Source: Macrostomum lignano
Taxonomy: Eukaryota
Length of the DNA stretch: 64,000 nucleotides
NCBI GenBank assembly: GCA_002269645.1
Contig: NIVC01001541.1
Location: 1-64,000 of the forward strand
Direction of reading: 5' to 3'
Both the position numbers and the translations under genes were made by a program. Shown piece after piece: positions 1 to 12,692 of the stretch. Within the stretch, counting starts at the first letter, position 1; the number at the start of each line of letters is the position of its first letter. Below the pieces are notes generated by a model. That model made no database searches. It had not been told where the DNA came from and was given only the letters and a program-made list of their open reading frames with translations.

Positions 1-3000
1 CTCCTGCTGGCGGCCAGTGGCTGGGCCCAGCACTCGGCTTGACTTTCTGCCAGTCTGGCAATGACACATTGAGCAGCGGCCAGGACCTGCCGACTACTTT
101 AAATGCCTCCATGAAGCAGCCGGTGAAGAACGCTATCGGCAAGACGTGGCAAGGCTTGCTTGGACCAGCTGGAGCAGACGGCCCGGGAATGCAACCACTT
201 CTACGTACTCGAGGCCAACCAGAGTGCCATCCTGCAGTCCGAGGTCTGCAGCGAGAACGAAAAGCAGGTAGCTGGTCAGCCTATCACTGTAACCCATCAC
301 TGTAAGCACACCCATCACTGTAACCCACCACTGTAACCACCACTGTAACCGCACACTCACCACTGTAACACACCACTGTAACAGCACACACACACTGTAA
401 CGACCACTGTAACCGCACACCCATCATTGTAACCACCACTGTAACCGCACACCCATCATTGTAACCACCACTGTAACAGCACACCCACCACTGTAACCGA
501 CCACTGTAACCGCACACCCATCACTGTAACCGACCACTGTAACCGCACACTCACCACTGTAACACACCACTGTAACAGCACACCCACCACTGTAACCGAC
601 CACTGTAACCGCACACCCATCACTGTAACCGACCACTGTAACCGCACACTCACCACTGTAACACACCACTGTAACAGCACACCCACCACTGTAACCGACT
701 ACTGTAACCGCACACACCACTGTAACCCACCACTGTAACCGACCACTGTAACCGCACACCCATCACTGTAACCGACCACTGTAACCGCACACTTACCACT
801 GTAACAAACCACTGTAACAGCACACCAATCACTGTAACCCACCACTGTAACCGCACACACAGACCACTGTAACCCACCACTATAACCACACACCCATCTC
901 TGTAACCCACCACTATAATCGCACACCCATCTCTGTAACCCACCACTATAACCCACCACTGTAACCTACCACTATAACCGCACACCCATCTCTGTAACCC
1001 ACCACTGTAACCGCACACTCACCACTGTAACACACCACTGTAACAGCACACCCACCACTATAACCGACCACTGTAACCGCACACCCATCACTGTAACCTA
1101 CCACTATAACCGCACACCCATCTCTGTAACCCACCACTGTAACCGCACACCCATCTCTGTAACCCACCACTGTAACCGCACACTCACCACTGTAACCGAC
1201 CACTGTAACCGCACTTACACCACTGTTACCCACCACTATAACCTCACACCCATCTCTGTAACCCACCACTGTAACCCACCACTGTAACCCCACACACACC
1301 ACTGTAACCCACCACTGTAACCAACCACTGTAACCGACCACTGTCACCCAGCTCGTCTGTCGCCTAATCTATCGTCCCAAAGCGTGTTCAAAATTGAATT
1401 TGTAGTCATGAAAGTCTCGGTTTTGATTAAGATCAAAAAATAAAATGCAACGCCAACCTACACTGGCAACCCTCAGCTGTCACAGCTGATCAAATCCATG
1501 CACTGGAAAGTGGCGCTGCGCAGTGAAAACAAACACCAGGCGTTGTTCAAATATCCCGTGGTCGGCTCGAATCCCGACTGGATGCACTTGCAGCCTGAGA
1601 TCTCCGACAAGATTAAGTGGATAGATGTGGTCACTCTACCGCAGAAGAGCCAGCTGTGCATCACAAGGACCGGACAGCTTCGCTTCATACAGTTTAAGGT
1701 AAATAATGCAAGCATTTTAGCATTTAGGCTGTCTTGCGCGCTGTTACATCATCGGGTGCACGGGAGCTTTACCTCGGCCGGTGGCAACATTTTGTGCATT
1801 GACGAAATCTCAGAGCCCCATGACCCCCAGCAGTGCCAATCATAATTTCTGACTAATCCAACACCCGCTCAGCCAGAGATGGCGGAACGTACGCTGTGTT
1901 CAAGAATGTCGGGACCACCTATCCGAAGGGTAGCATCGAGAGCCTCGTGCTGCAACTTCTGGGGGCCACTTACCATCACGTGGACTTTGTCTACGACTCG
2001 CTGGAGTACTTCGACCGCGTCCCGGTTCGTGAGCGGCTGCCGCCTCTCTCGCCAAAGGTCACACCGGCAAGGATGTTCAGTTCGGAGCCGAACCTGCGCT
2101 ACCAGTACCGCTCATTGCCCGAACCTCTCCAAGCGGTTCCCATGGAGGCGCTGATTCCGAATTCAACTGCAAATGGCGCCCTGCCGAAGTTCCGCTATCC
2201 AAAAAATGTGTTCAAAGACCTGAATATCAACATGATGTGGGCGCCACCCCGAACCTGCAGGAGTTCAGCAGCTGGTCGCCAGCATGCGGTGAGTCCTGGA
2301 ACAGGCCTTCTGGAGAAGCGATCGATTTTGTCTGCTTGAATGGAAGGTTGCTATGATAACTAGATGGAGCTAATCTCAGCATCTCGTGCAACCCGCTCAT
2401 TCCCCAAGGCACCAAGCTAATCTCAGCATCTCGTGCAACCCGCTCATTCCCCAAGGCACCAAGCTAATCTCAGCATCTCGTGCAACCCGCTCATTCCCCA
2501 AGGCACCAAGCTAATCTCATGCAGCATCTCGTGCGACCCGCTCATTCCCCATTCCCCAAGGCACCAAGCTAATCTCAGCATCTCGTGCAACCCGCTCATT
2601 CCCCATTCCCCAAGGCACCAAGCTAATCTCAGCATCCCGTGCAACCCGCTCATTCCCCAAGGCACCAAGATAACTCGAATGCGCTTCATGCGCTGTGTTA
2701 TTGACTTGGACCTCAGCAAAATGGAGAAACGGCTCAGGCTGTTCAAGGACAGTTACAAACTGCAGTGGGATTACCTGGCCAATACCAGGCACTTTGAGTA
2801 CAGGAAAGGCGATGGCCTGGCAATGCTGTACCTGCTTCACGTTCTGGCGATGCGGCTCAAGGTGCAGCTACTTGTAAGCCAGTGCGCGGATCCGGTCTCA
2901 TTTCATATCGTATCTGTCTCGGACAATTTGCAAGATCAAGTCGATTGCTAATAGCAAGAGAATTTCGATTTGAATTTGTTGGATTTGGCTTTTTAGTTTA

Positions 3001-3576
3001 CTCTCCAACTTATAAGAGTGAGGGTCAACTTTCGGAATGGGCGTCAACGCCTTCCCGCTGTATCCGGATGCCGGAGCCCCCTGCAGCTGAGTCAAGAGGG
3101 TCAATTTCTTCAACTGACTGGGCCAATTGACGAAAAATCTCAACATAAAATGTTGGCTTTATACTTATTATTTATGATTTATCTCGCAGGACGAGGCGCG
3201 GGAGACCACAGGCCGCCGTCCGCTCTACTCAGCAGGACTGCGCTGGACAGAGAAGGGCACGGACAGGATGGGCACGGTGGTGCTGTACAAGCTGCGCATC
3301 CCCTGCCACTACACCCTGCTGCACCACCTGCCCAACAAGACTGTGGGTGCCGAGGGCAGAGCCAGCCTAGAGGTAACGAAGATCCAGAACACGGGCGAAC
3401 GGGAGCAGGGCGTCCGACTGTGCGGTCTCGCCGACCCGCTGGAGCTGCTGCGCATGATGGGTCAGGTGCTGGTGGCGCAGCTCAAGCGGCTAGTCAACAT
3501 GATCCGGCGCAGACCGGTGGTGCCGCAGCGCAGCGTTGTGACCAGGTGCGCCTCGGGTACCGCTGGTCCACTCTGA
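1..3576 (+). CDS. Uncharacterised multi-exon protein-coding gene, 5' partial; exons approx <1-267, 1477-1698, ~1877-2288, 2670-2873, 3190-3576
   Basis: GC-rich open frames bounded by GT/AG sites (CAG|gtagct at 267, AAG|gtaaat at 1698, GCG|gtgagt at 2288, CTT|gtaagc at 2873). Phases match except at the 1698/1877 junction, and there is a probable 1-nt indel near 150. No family recognised. Confidence 0.7.
281..1350. repeat. Intronic minisatellite, CCACTGTAAC-based units of about 11-21 bp
   Basis: Tandem imperfect repeats fill most of the intron between exon ends 267 and 1477. Confidence 0.95.
2366..2669. repeat. Intronic tandem repeat of about 37-47 bp (GCTAATCTCAGCATCTCGTGCAACCCGCTCATTCCCCAAGGCACCAA)
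   Basis: About 7 copies; the last unit supplies the acceptor AG at 2668-2669. Confidence 0.9.
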
Positions 3577-3699
3577 GTTCCAAATAGACTATAAGTTTTC
3601 TGTACGAGCTAAATATGAGGGCGGAGCAGTTCAGGTGTCCGACTGTCGTGCGCGACCAAATTCATTTGCAGTTCGCACCCTGCGAGGGCCAAACCTCAG

Positions 3700-3788
3700 C
3701 ACACAGAGAGTGTGCATGGCCTGACGATTAGAAAGTCAGGACTGCTTTACACCCTGTGTGAGCGTGTGTATGAGTGCTTGTGTCTGCG
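3700..3788. other. Conserved hairpin-forming element, copy 1
   Basis: CACACAG...CCTGAC-GATTAGAAA-GTCAGG...CTGTGTG nested stems; homologous to 29791-29873. Confidence 0.6.
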
Positions 3789-4418
3789 AAGGCGTTGCCT
3801 GGGTGTGTCCACAGCCCTTCTAAATATTGTTTTTTCAAGTGCGATTTTCAGGTTGAGCTAAAGTTTTTAAGTGCATCGGTAGACTATAGCTAGCTGTGCG
3901 CAGCTACTACTACGTTACTCTCGTGCGTTTTTCCTCTGAACAGATGCACCAAGCTCTGGCTGCGCATGGCTAACTGAAAGGCTTATTGCTTGCGTGTCTC
4001 CAAGTGGTGTTTCAGCTTCAAGCAAGCTTTTTCAGCATTTTTTAATCCAGAGGTTTAGTCTTTCAACTGAGGAAGTCCATAGCCAAGGAGTAAGGAAAAG
4101 TGCAGCTGGCCAAGTCACCCATACGGCTCTGCATTCAATTCAACTGTATTGCTATGAGCTGTACTACCTCTTAAATGCGTGTCAAATTTCGAGTCCGAAC
4201 CCATCAGCGTCATGGACAGCATCACATGATGGCCAATTAATAGTCTCCCAATTTTTCAAGCCTGAGTACTTGACTTAGTGTTGTTATTTACTTTATTTAT
4301 TAAACTTTGCCTTGTTCTTGACTTCTGCATCTCAGCATTCGCATGCACAGTACATAAACCATAGGAGATTACCGCGTATATTCAGTTGTTATTCACGCAC
4401 TTCACCGATTCCTTTCAG

Positions 4419-5368
4419 CGGCAAAACGCTATACATGAAGTGCCCCGTGGACCTGGTGACATTCGAGCGACCGGCTTGCAACCTGGTTGACAAGGAGGAC
4501 AATATTCTGTGGACTCTGAATGGCAAAAGCATGCGCTTCTTCAGTGCCAGTGTAGAGCGCGGCCCCTCTCTTACAGACGAATGCGCCCTCACCGTTAAAA
4601 ATATCCAGCTTAACGATGCCGGCGAGTACGTCTGCTACCGGACTCTCTTGGGTGAGCTCGGGAAAACTGCTAGAAGAAATGCAATGGTTCTTTTAGGACA
4701 TGCAGCTATAGCTTCTCAGTCATACTGTACAAGCATTCAGTGAGGTAAATACTGTGTAAAGGCTGTGCGTTTCGACTTTTTCATTTTGGTTGACCATCAT
4801 CATCATCATCATCACCATCATCATGTAGACTCAATTACCACGCGTGTGTATAGTTATGACCCCATTCCATTAACCAGGTTCTCACTCGGTTGAGGATAAG
4901 CCCGCCTATCGCCACTTCGTGGAGGTTGTACGACCGGAGTTTGACCCGCCACCAGTCGAGGAGGTGTACTTCGGCATGACAATGTGCATCGTGTGGAACG
5001 CCTTCATGGTGTTATTGTGGTCCTTGGTGTCCATCGTTCGCAGTTTCCTGAGCTTGCTTGGCAGGGAGCCCGAGGGTCCCAACCAGCCAGAAGTTTGGAC
5101 AAGTTTCTTCGATGACGACCCAACTCTGGGCGACATAAATGACGAAGAGGATTCCGACAAGACGGACTCCGACGAAGATGATGATGATGACGATGAGTCA
5201 CTAGAAGACTTGGATATGTCTGAACTTTCAGACAACTTCGAAAAAGACAAGAAGAAAAGTGAGGAGAGCGAATCCAAGACTCAAGCGAAGTCAAAGCGCA
5301 ACAAGGAGCAGCACAATAGCAGTCGGTGGCGCCGCGTCAGAACGTGGGTGAAGAAGAAAAAGGATTGA
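4419..5368 (+). CDS. Single-Ig-domain type I membrane protein with acidic then basic cytoplasmic tail; exons 4419-4651 and 4878-5368, upstream signal-peptide exon uncertain
   Basis: C...W...LTVKNIQLNDAGEYVC Ig signature. Phase-1 junction G|gtgagc to ccag|GT gives CYRTLLGSHSVEDKPAYRHFVEVV, then hydrophobic YFGMTMCIVWNAFMVLLWSLVSIV and a D/E-rich tail. Confidence 0.8.
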
Positions 5369-6572
5369 GGGAGGGACGATGCTCGAATGGTTTGCGTAGC
5401 TATAGTATTCGGCCTTTGGCTTGTACATGTATTGCCTCAGCTTACATGCTCACGTTTAGGCCGCTGTGTCATACATTAGTTATACATTAGCAATTGCTTC
5501 TCCGCTTAAGGTTTAGTCATGCAAACGAAATGTACTTTAAATAAAACAGAGGACCAAACAGAAGTAATTAGCAACAGCAAGCTACAGCATAAATGTATTA
5601 CAGTAAGTTATGTATTTGATATATCTGTATTATAGCTGCATATATCTGCATTACTGAGATATAGCATTAAGCTTCACTTAAATATTATGAAACGGCCAGC
5701 AGGGCAGCTGGGTGAGTTATGTGTTGAGCTCAGTATAGTATGAATGCCTGTTTTGGTTGGGAGCTGCACAGTTTGGCAGCCAGTAGACCGTACATGCTCA
5801 TGTATGCATATATCGTTGTAATAGCACAATTAACTCTACAAGTGCATGTAAATTATTGCATTGTTATATTTGCACAGCAGATTTACAATGCTAAGAGCTA
5901 GAAAGACTGTTAATACAAGCTGCGTCATATTGCTTGCATCTTTATAATGAGTTATTTCTCTTAGATTATGCGCTTACAGGTACGTACATGCATATATTCA
6001 TGCACTATCCGCCACATTTCTGAGCCACACACAAGTTATCTACTACATATAAAAATCATTATTTAATAACAAATAATTCTATCTAAAAACTTTGTTATTT
6101 CAAAATCTAAACGACGGCTATGAAACATGGATTTGTCTGTAATTTGTAATAAGTTTTTATTTAATTGACTATAACGTCTAAGTATGTACTATTGAATAAA
6201 TTTGTTTAAACTTGTTTGAAAGTTGAAAAAGTTGTTTAAATAAGCTACGTTATTTCTAAAAGAGTCAGTTTAAAAAAACTATTTAAATGTTAAACTTTAA
6301 CCGGCCTGCGTGACAGACTCGACCCCGCCACTAGTTAAATAAATTAATTTTGGTCTGTAAGAAGGAACGATCGTATCGTATCGTAACCACGCTCAGGCTC
6401 TTAAATGGTCAAGACTATTGTTAACAACAAGTGAAGATTTTATTTCAAGGCAGCTTTGGGAGAATATTTTGAGATACTAGGCTTTTTGGCATAATTCTAG
6501 TTTACTTCGTTATATTATTTCATAATTCTACTTTAGAATTATGAAACTAGAAACTACAAACTAGGAACTTTG

Positions 6573-6698
6573 CATATGAATACCATTGAAGGGACTTTGG
6601 TGCATGTCAAGGCAAAGTTCCAGAAGATGAACGGCACTAGCGACGGCCTATTTTGATTTGCACCTGAACAACACAAGTACTTCTGGCGCCGCCTTTAC
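6573..6698 (+). mobile_element. Degraded Merlin/ISXO2-type transposase C-terminal fragment
   Basis: Translates HMNTIEGTLVHVKAKFQKMNGTSDGLF/DLHL...YFWRR with frameshifts, matching the recalled HTNTIEGxW...K...GT...YLxEFxWRR motif of Merlin transposases. Confidence 0.6.
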
Positions 6699-6769
6699 TT
6701 AGCTCTAGAAGTCCTTCGGCAACTTGTTCTAGGTTGCTCATTATTATACCATTTAGTGAGCTCAGCGGA

Positions 6770-9320
6770 CTATTCACTGCTATGGACTAACTTGTTTTAA
6801 CTTATTCAGTTGATTTTTAACTCAAAATAATTTAACATGGGAAACAAGGATTATGCCTTCATTTTGATTGACCCAATAATGATTACCTTTGGCTTTTGTC
6901 ACAATGCTTTGAAACAATAAACTCAGCCTCACTGCCTCAGGCTCAGGGCATAGGATGGCCTAGGATAACTATTGTTGAAAATATCCTTTATAAGTATTTA
7001 TGAATCATGATAATGATAATGTTATTCTAACATTTTAAACATTCTTTTAATTTAGGCCTAGGTCTTAGTCTTAGTAATATGAGGCATATTGTTGTTAATA
7101 GTTTAAACAATTATTTAATTCTCATTATATTTTTAATGTAGGGCCCTTAGACATTGTAAACTCAATGTATATCAAAATTTGTTATTGATGCTTACTAAGA
7201 GTAGTGCTGTCACCATTGTAATTTATATCCAAAATGTTAATTTCTCAGAGCTTTTTTAGAATTGACATTAATTGGTTATTTTGTCCCATAGACAAAGTAC
7301 TCAAGATAGACTAGGTATATGGATCAAATAGTAACTATGCTTAAATATTATTGGTTTCTTTGGTATTTATTATATTAGATTTAGATAAGCCACTACAAAG
7401 ACTCCCAGTAGGCCGAGAGATGCAGTAATAAGTTAACTAGTTAGTTGGTAGTTTAAGTTTGATAAATAAAGATTATAAACTCACTATTAAACTGAAGTTA
7501 AAATAAACAATCCAAGCATCAAAGAGTCAAAAAAAGTAAATTAGAAACAAGTAAGTCAGAAGGAAGGACAGGGTTATAAATTTTTGTACAAGATTAAATA
7601 TGATTATGCATAAGTAAGTAATAATCATTGCCATGGGGCAGAAATTGGGACATGCTATAGGGCCACAGGTGGTTCAGCAAATACAAAAATAATAGCTGCA
7701 GAAAGCATGCAGCACAAAGAAAAACAAAAGACCAAAATAGGGGGGCAATATAGGGGCCAGAAAAGGTAAAAACCCAAAACCACAAAAGGGCAAAAAGAGA
7801 GCTAACAATGGGACCAAACCCTAAATAGGAGATGACAAAATTCTTGTCACTAAGGCACCTCAAGGTGGACAGAAAAGGCCAAACCAGGGAAAAAGTTCCA
7901 ATGCAAAACCCAACAATGGTAGCCGGTAGCCCTACTATCCCATAGAATCATGAATAAAAGAATTTTTAGTAACTACTTAAATCAACAAACTAGGGCACTA
8001 AGATGGCAGGCACAAAAAACATAGAAACCCTTGATGTACTGTAAACTTAACTTTGCAGCCTAAAAATAGCATATAATTAAATTTTCTATAATGATTAACA
8101 AGAATTCTCTTTTTATGCCTTAGTTGTTTCTTTTGCTTATAATTTTTTCAGTTCAGCCCAATTAATGTAGAAACAAGACATATTTGAAAGAATTAAACAT
8201 TAAACAATTTCTTGCAAGTTTTCTAATAAGGACCATTAGTAATACATTAGGACACTACACTTGTGATTTATAGAAATCTTTTTGGTGGCTAATTTCTTCA
8301 TCTCAATATTGGTGCAAGATGAGTATATGCATTCTGAGAGTGTTTTATAAGTATTAACTTGTTTGAGGCTAATTATATTTTTCTATTGCAGCACAAAAGT
8401 GCACTAATCATAAAAGTATTATGTCTTATGTATAAGACTTGGTTTAATGTCTTATACATAAATTCATTTGTCCATCTGTCTAATTGCAATTGTAAGTTGT
8501 CATGGTATCCTTTTTCTATATTGTTAGATGATATTTCCAAGGCTGTCAAAAGATTATCTTTGATTCTAAATAACTTAGCAGTATACAATACTACTTTAGC
8601 ATATGCTGCTGTAAGACTACAGCATAGTACTAGTAAAGAAGAGTAACCTGCATAAACAAAAATTTTGCTGAAGTCTATGTAACTAAATCTGAATATATTC
8701 TATTTATTGTGACATGCCTATTAGCCAAAAATTATCTCTATATATACTTCTCAAGAGTCTGAATCAACATTTGAAATTTGGGCTCCAAATTTTTTAGGAG
8801 TCACAAGTGTAGTGACCTATATATTGCTTATACTTGTTTTCTAAGTTCTTGTTAACTCACTCAAATTCTGGATGCAATAATATTATATCATCCTTGTGGA
8901 ATAATAGAATTTTTTTAGGAATAACTAAAAGACTAATATTTAACACTAGACAAACTTATGTTTTTGTTTTTTTCCATAAGGAAGTTTTTGGGTGCATTTT
9001 CATTGGCAGTTCTTTAAATTAGAAAGGACCAGAAGTTATTTTTTTAAAAAGTATTGATACTGGAACAAGTGCAAGAGGTTACTTTCCTTGGAACCAAAAG
9101 TTACCTAATTGGAATTTACTTTGACCCAACACTGCCTCTTGCTTAAGATTAAATAAAGCTTATAAAGGCAAAGTTGCATCCTCAAGTTGGGATATCTTGT
9201 TATTATCTTCATATCATTGTAGGTTTAAAAAACTTATGGGCTTTCATTTTGATTTCTTCAAAGTTGTATACTTTTAAATATATTTAACTTTTTCTGCTAA
9301 ACATATCAAGATGTTTGCTG
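6770..9320. other. CpG-depleted AT-rich domain, probably decayed repeat DNA
   Basis: By eye only two CG dinucleotides (near 7414 and 7924) between 6781 and 9320, whereas flanking DNA has many. Confidence 0.75.
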
Positions 9321-11635
9321 GGGTACGACGCATTCTATTTGACCTTAGTGGCACCTTGCACATTGAAAACCAGCTGCTACCAGGAGCTCTTGAGGCTCTG
9401 GCTGAGGCTAAAGCAGCTGGTCTTGCTGTGGACTTTGTGTCCAACACTAGCAAGGAAGGAAGGTCAGTGTGGTTGGATCATTTTGTGGTGATTTTCTCAG
9501 ATCATACAGCTAATTGACCCAATTCACACCTCACCTGCAGCTCTTCTCTCAACTGCGGCTGATGCAATTTGCATCACAGTTTCACAGCTTAGCTATTGAA
9601 CCCTCATTCCCTACCGCTCCCCACTCCCTACTGCACCCTCACTCCCTACTGCACCCCCACTCCCTACTGCACCCTCACTCCTACTGCACCCTCACTCCCT
9701 ACCGCACCCTCACTCCTACCGCACCCTCACTCCTACCGCACCCTCACTACTACTGCACCCTCACTCCTACTGCACCCTCACTCCTACTGCACCCTCACTC
9801 CTACTGCACCCTCACTCCTACTGCACCCTCACTCCTACTGCACCCTCACTCCCTACCGCACCCTCACTCCTACCGCACCCTCACTCCTACCGCACCCTCA
9901 CTACTACTGCACCCTCACTCCCTACTGCACCCCCACTCCCTACTGCACCCTCACTCCCTACTGCACCCTCACTCCCTAATCTGCTAAGCTACTTTTTCTG
10001 TTAGCCATGAAGAAGCCCCCAACAGACTACTCACACAGTAGTGCTGTGGCGCTCCCCCAGGTCGGACCTGCTTTCCCGCCTGGCCAGCCTGGGTATCGAG
10101 CCGGAGCCCGGCCGGCTGCACACCAGCCTGTCAGTCACAGCCGACGCCGCGAACCGACTGGGCCTCCGCCGGCCTCTCCTGCTGCTGTCAGAATCCGCGG
10201 CCGCCGATTTCCAAGTCGAGCCCGGCGGTGCGGACTTCGACTCGGTGGTTGTGGGCCTGGCTCCCGATAAGCTCAACTACCAGGATCTCAGCCGGGCCAT
10301 GCGGCTGCTGCTGGACAGACCGGAGGCGCCTCTGCTGGCCGCGCACCGGGGCCGCTACCTGCGCAGCGGGGACGGCCTGCTGCGGCTGGGCCCCGGGCCG
10401 TTCGTCACCGCGCTGGAGTTCGCCTGCGGCCGCTCGGCACAGGCCTTCGGCAAGCCTACACCTGCGTTCTTTGAGGTGAGCGTGGGTGAGTAGAAGACAC
10501 TGGAGGGTAGAGAGACACTGATTGTAGAATGCGACACTGAAGGGTAGAGAGAGACAGGATGGTAGATAGACACTGGAGGGTAGAGAGAGACAGGAGGGTA
10601 GAGAGAGACAGGAGGGTAGAGAGACACTGGAGGGTAGAGAGAGACAGGAGGGTAGAGAGACACTGGAGGGTAGAGAGAGACAGGAGGGTAGAGAGAGACA
10701 GGAGGGTAGAGAGAGACAGGAGGGTAGAGAGACACTGGAGGGTAGAGAGAGACAGGAGGGTAGAGAGAGACAGGAGGGTAGAGAGACACTGGAGGGTAGA
10801 GAGACACTGGAGGGTAGAGAGAGACAGGAGGGTAGAGAGAGACAGGAGGGTAGAGAGAGACAGGAGGGTAGAGAGAGACAGGAGGGTAGAGAGAGACAGG
10901 AGGGTAGAGAGACACTGGAGGGTAGAGAGAGACAGGAGGGTAGAGAGAGACAGGAGGGTAGAGAGACACTGGAGGGTAGAGAGAGACAGGAGGGTAGAGA
11001 GAGACAGGAGGGTAGAGAGACACTGGAGGGTAGAGAGACACTGGAGGGTAGAGAGAGACAGGAGGGTAGAGAGACACTGGAGGGTAGAGAGAGACACTGG
11101 AGGGTTAGAGACACTGGAGGGTAGAGAGACACTGGAGGGTTAGAGACACTGGAGGGTAGAGAGACACTGGAGGGTAGAGACACTGGAGGGTAGAGAGACA
11201 CTGGAGGGTAGAGAGACACTGGAGGGTAGAGAGAGACACTGGAGGGTTAGAGACACTGGAGGGTAGAGAGACACTGGAGGGTAGAGAGAGACACTGGAGG
11301 GTGGAATCGAAAGGGCAGAGGGGATACACGGGTAGATTTGGGTGACTCTCTTGAGCGGCAGAGATCTCCAACGTCACCTCAACATCGCGGCCACCCCGCC
11401 TCCGCAGTCAGTTCTCGGCGCTGACGCTGCCGCGCCCGCCTGCGCTGTGATGATCGGCGACGATGCAGAGGACGACGCTGCGGGCGCCGTGCGCTCCGGC
11501 CTGCGCGCCATTCTGGTGCGCACCGGCAAGTACCGCGCCGGCGACGAGGCCCGGGCAGACTGCGAGGCGCCGCCCACCGCTGTCTGCGACACTGCGCTGG
11601 ATGCTGTGCGCCTCATCCTGCGCGACAGGCGTTGA
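9311..11635 (+). CDS. HDHD2: Haloacid dehalogenase-like hydrolase domain-containing protein 2; exons 9311-9462, 10061-10475, 11408-11635
   Basis: HAD class IIA motifs [51 protein letters not shown]. Splice phases are consistent (2/2, 0/0). Confidence 0.93.
9600..9977. repeat. Intronic minisatellite CTGCACCCTCACTCC(C)TA, 17-18 bp
   Basis: Tandem array in HDHD2 intron 1. Confidence 0.95.
10495..11300. repeat. Intronic minisatellite (CT/CA)GGAGGGTAGAGAGA(GA)CA, about 18 bp
   Basis: Tandem array in HDHD2 intron 2. Confidence 0.95.
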
Positions 11636-11930
11636 CTCTGACCCGCGTCTGACCCGCCTCTGACCCGCGTCTGACCGACTCTGACCCGCGTCTGACCCGC
11701 GTCTGGCCGACTCTGACCCGCGTCTGACCAGCTCTGACCCGCGTCTGGCCGACTCTGACCCGCGTCTGACCGAGTGTGACCTGCGTCTGACCGAGTGTGA
11801 CCTGCGTCTGACCGGCTCTGACCCGCGTCTGACCGGCTCTGACCCGCGTCTGACCGGCTCTGACCCGCGTCTGACCGACTCTGATCCGCGTCTAACCGAG
11901 TCTGACCCGCGTCTGGCCGAGTGTGACCCA
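11636..11930. repeat. Minisatellite CTGACCCGCGT / CTGACCGGCT starting at the HDHD2 stop codon
   Basis: Alternating 10-11 bp units directly after TGA 11633-11635. Confidence 0.9.
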
Positions 11931-12692
11931 TGCCTGACAAACTCAAAATGTCAAAATTAGACTTGTCCGACATTGCATTTACTCAACCGTATAAGTTGTT
12001 ACTGAGATAAAGATTGACAACTAAATTAAACAGATGAAAAAAATGCTCAGCAACACCCAACGTGCTACTGTCAGTAGCAGTCGCAGTCTTATAAATAAAA
12101 TCAGCTTGGAAATGTTTAGAAAACTCGTTTAGAAAAAAATTACGAAAGCAAAATTTATTTTCTTCGTTCGTTGTTTCAAGTTAACAGCACATTAATTAGG
12201 TAATTTTCAATTCTCACAGTCACACTTTACTATATAATGTGTTATGTTAGTTCTAAGCGAGCAGACAATGAAATTTGTATGGGGAGATCAAGTGCCGAGC
12301 TGGGGAGCTTTGATACACAGGTGCTGCAGAACAAACTGCTTGATAAGAGCTATATTTCAGAGAGAGAAGAGGGGAAGAAAATGACGGATTAAGGCAACTG
12401 GGGGGTTTCAGGGTAGAAAATACAGCATTTGATGAAGCTCTGTGCTGTCACTTACCGCTGGGTTATAAACAATTTTGTGATGACAGGAAATGGTGAGTCT
12501 AAAATTAGCATCAGCAACAACGCATTCGCTGAGCAGGTGTCACAAACTGGTCTTCTTTGAGTTCAGATGGGGCTCAGTCTCCCCAACTCGGAAATCCCCC
12601 TACCGGCAATCCGCATGGTGGCAAATACAGGCACTGCAAGGCCGCTGATATTTAGAACCAATTAAAGCCTTCAAGTGCAGCAAACCAGACTA

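Noticed and set aside
3721-3745. Minimal hammerhead-like core CUGACGA-UUA-GAAA
   Set aside because: The cleavage triplet would end in G, and the second copy has CUGACGG; a plain hairpin explains both copies better.
3710-3750. SECIS-like stem-loop 124 nt after a TGA stop
   Set aside because: Lacks the RUGA/GA quartet, the helix is only 6 bp, and copy 2 is not in a 3' UTR.
8662-8684. YIDFSK on the minus strand, resembling the LINE RT motif DFSKAFD
   Set aside because: Isolated; no convincing PQG or YADD motif at the expected spacing.
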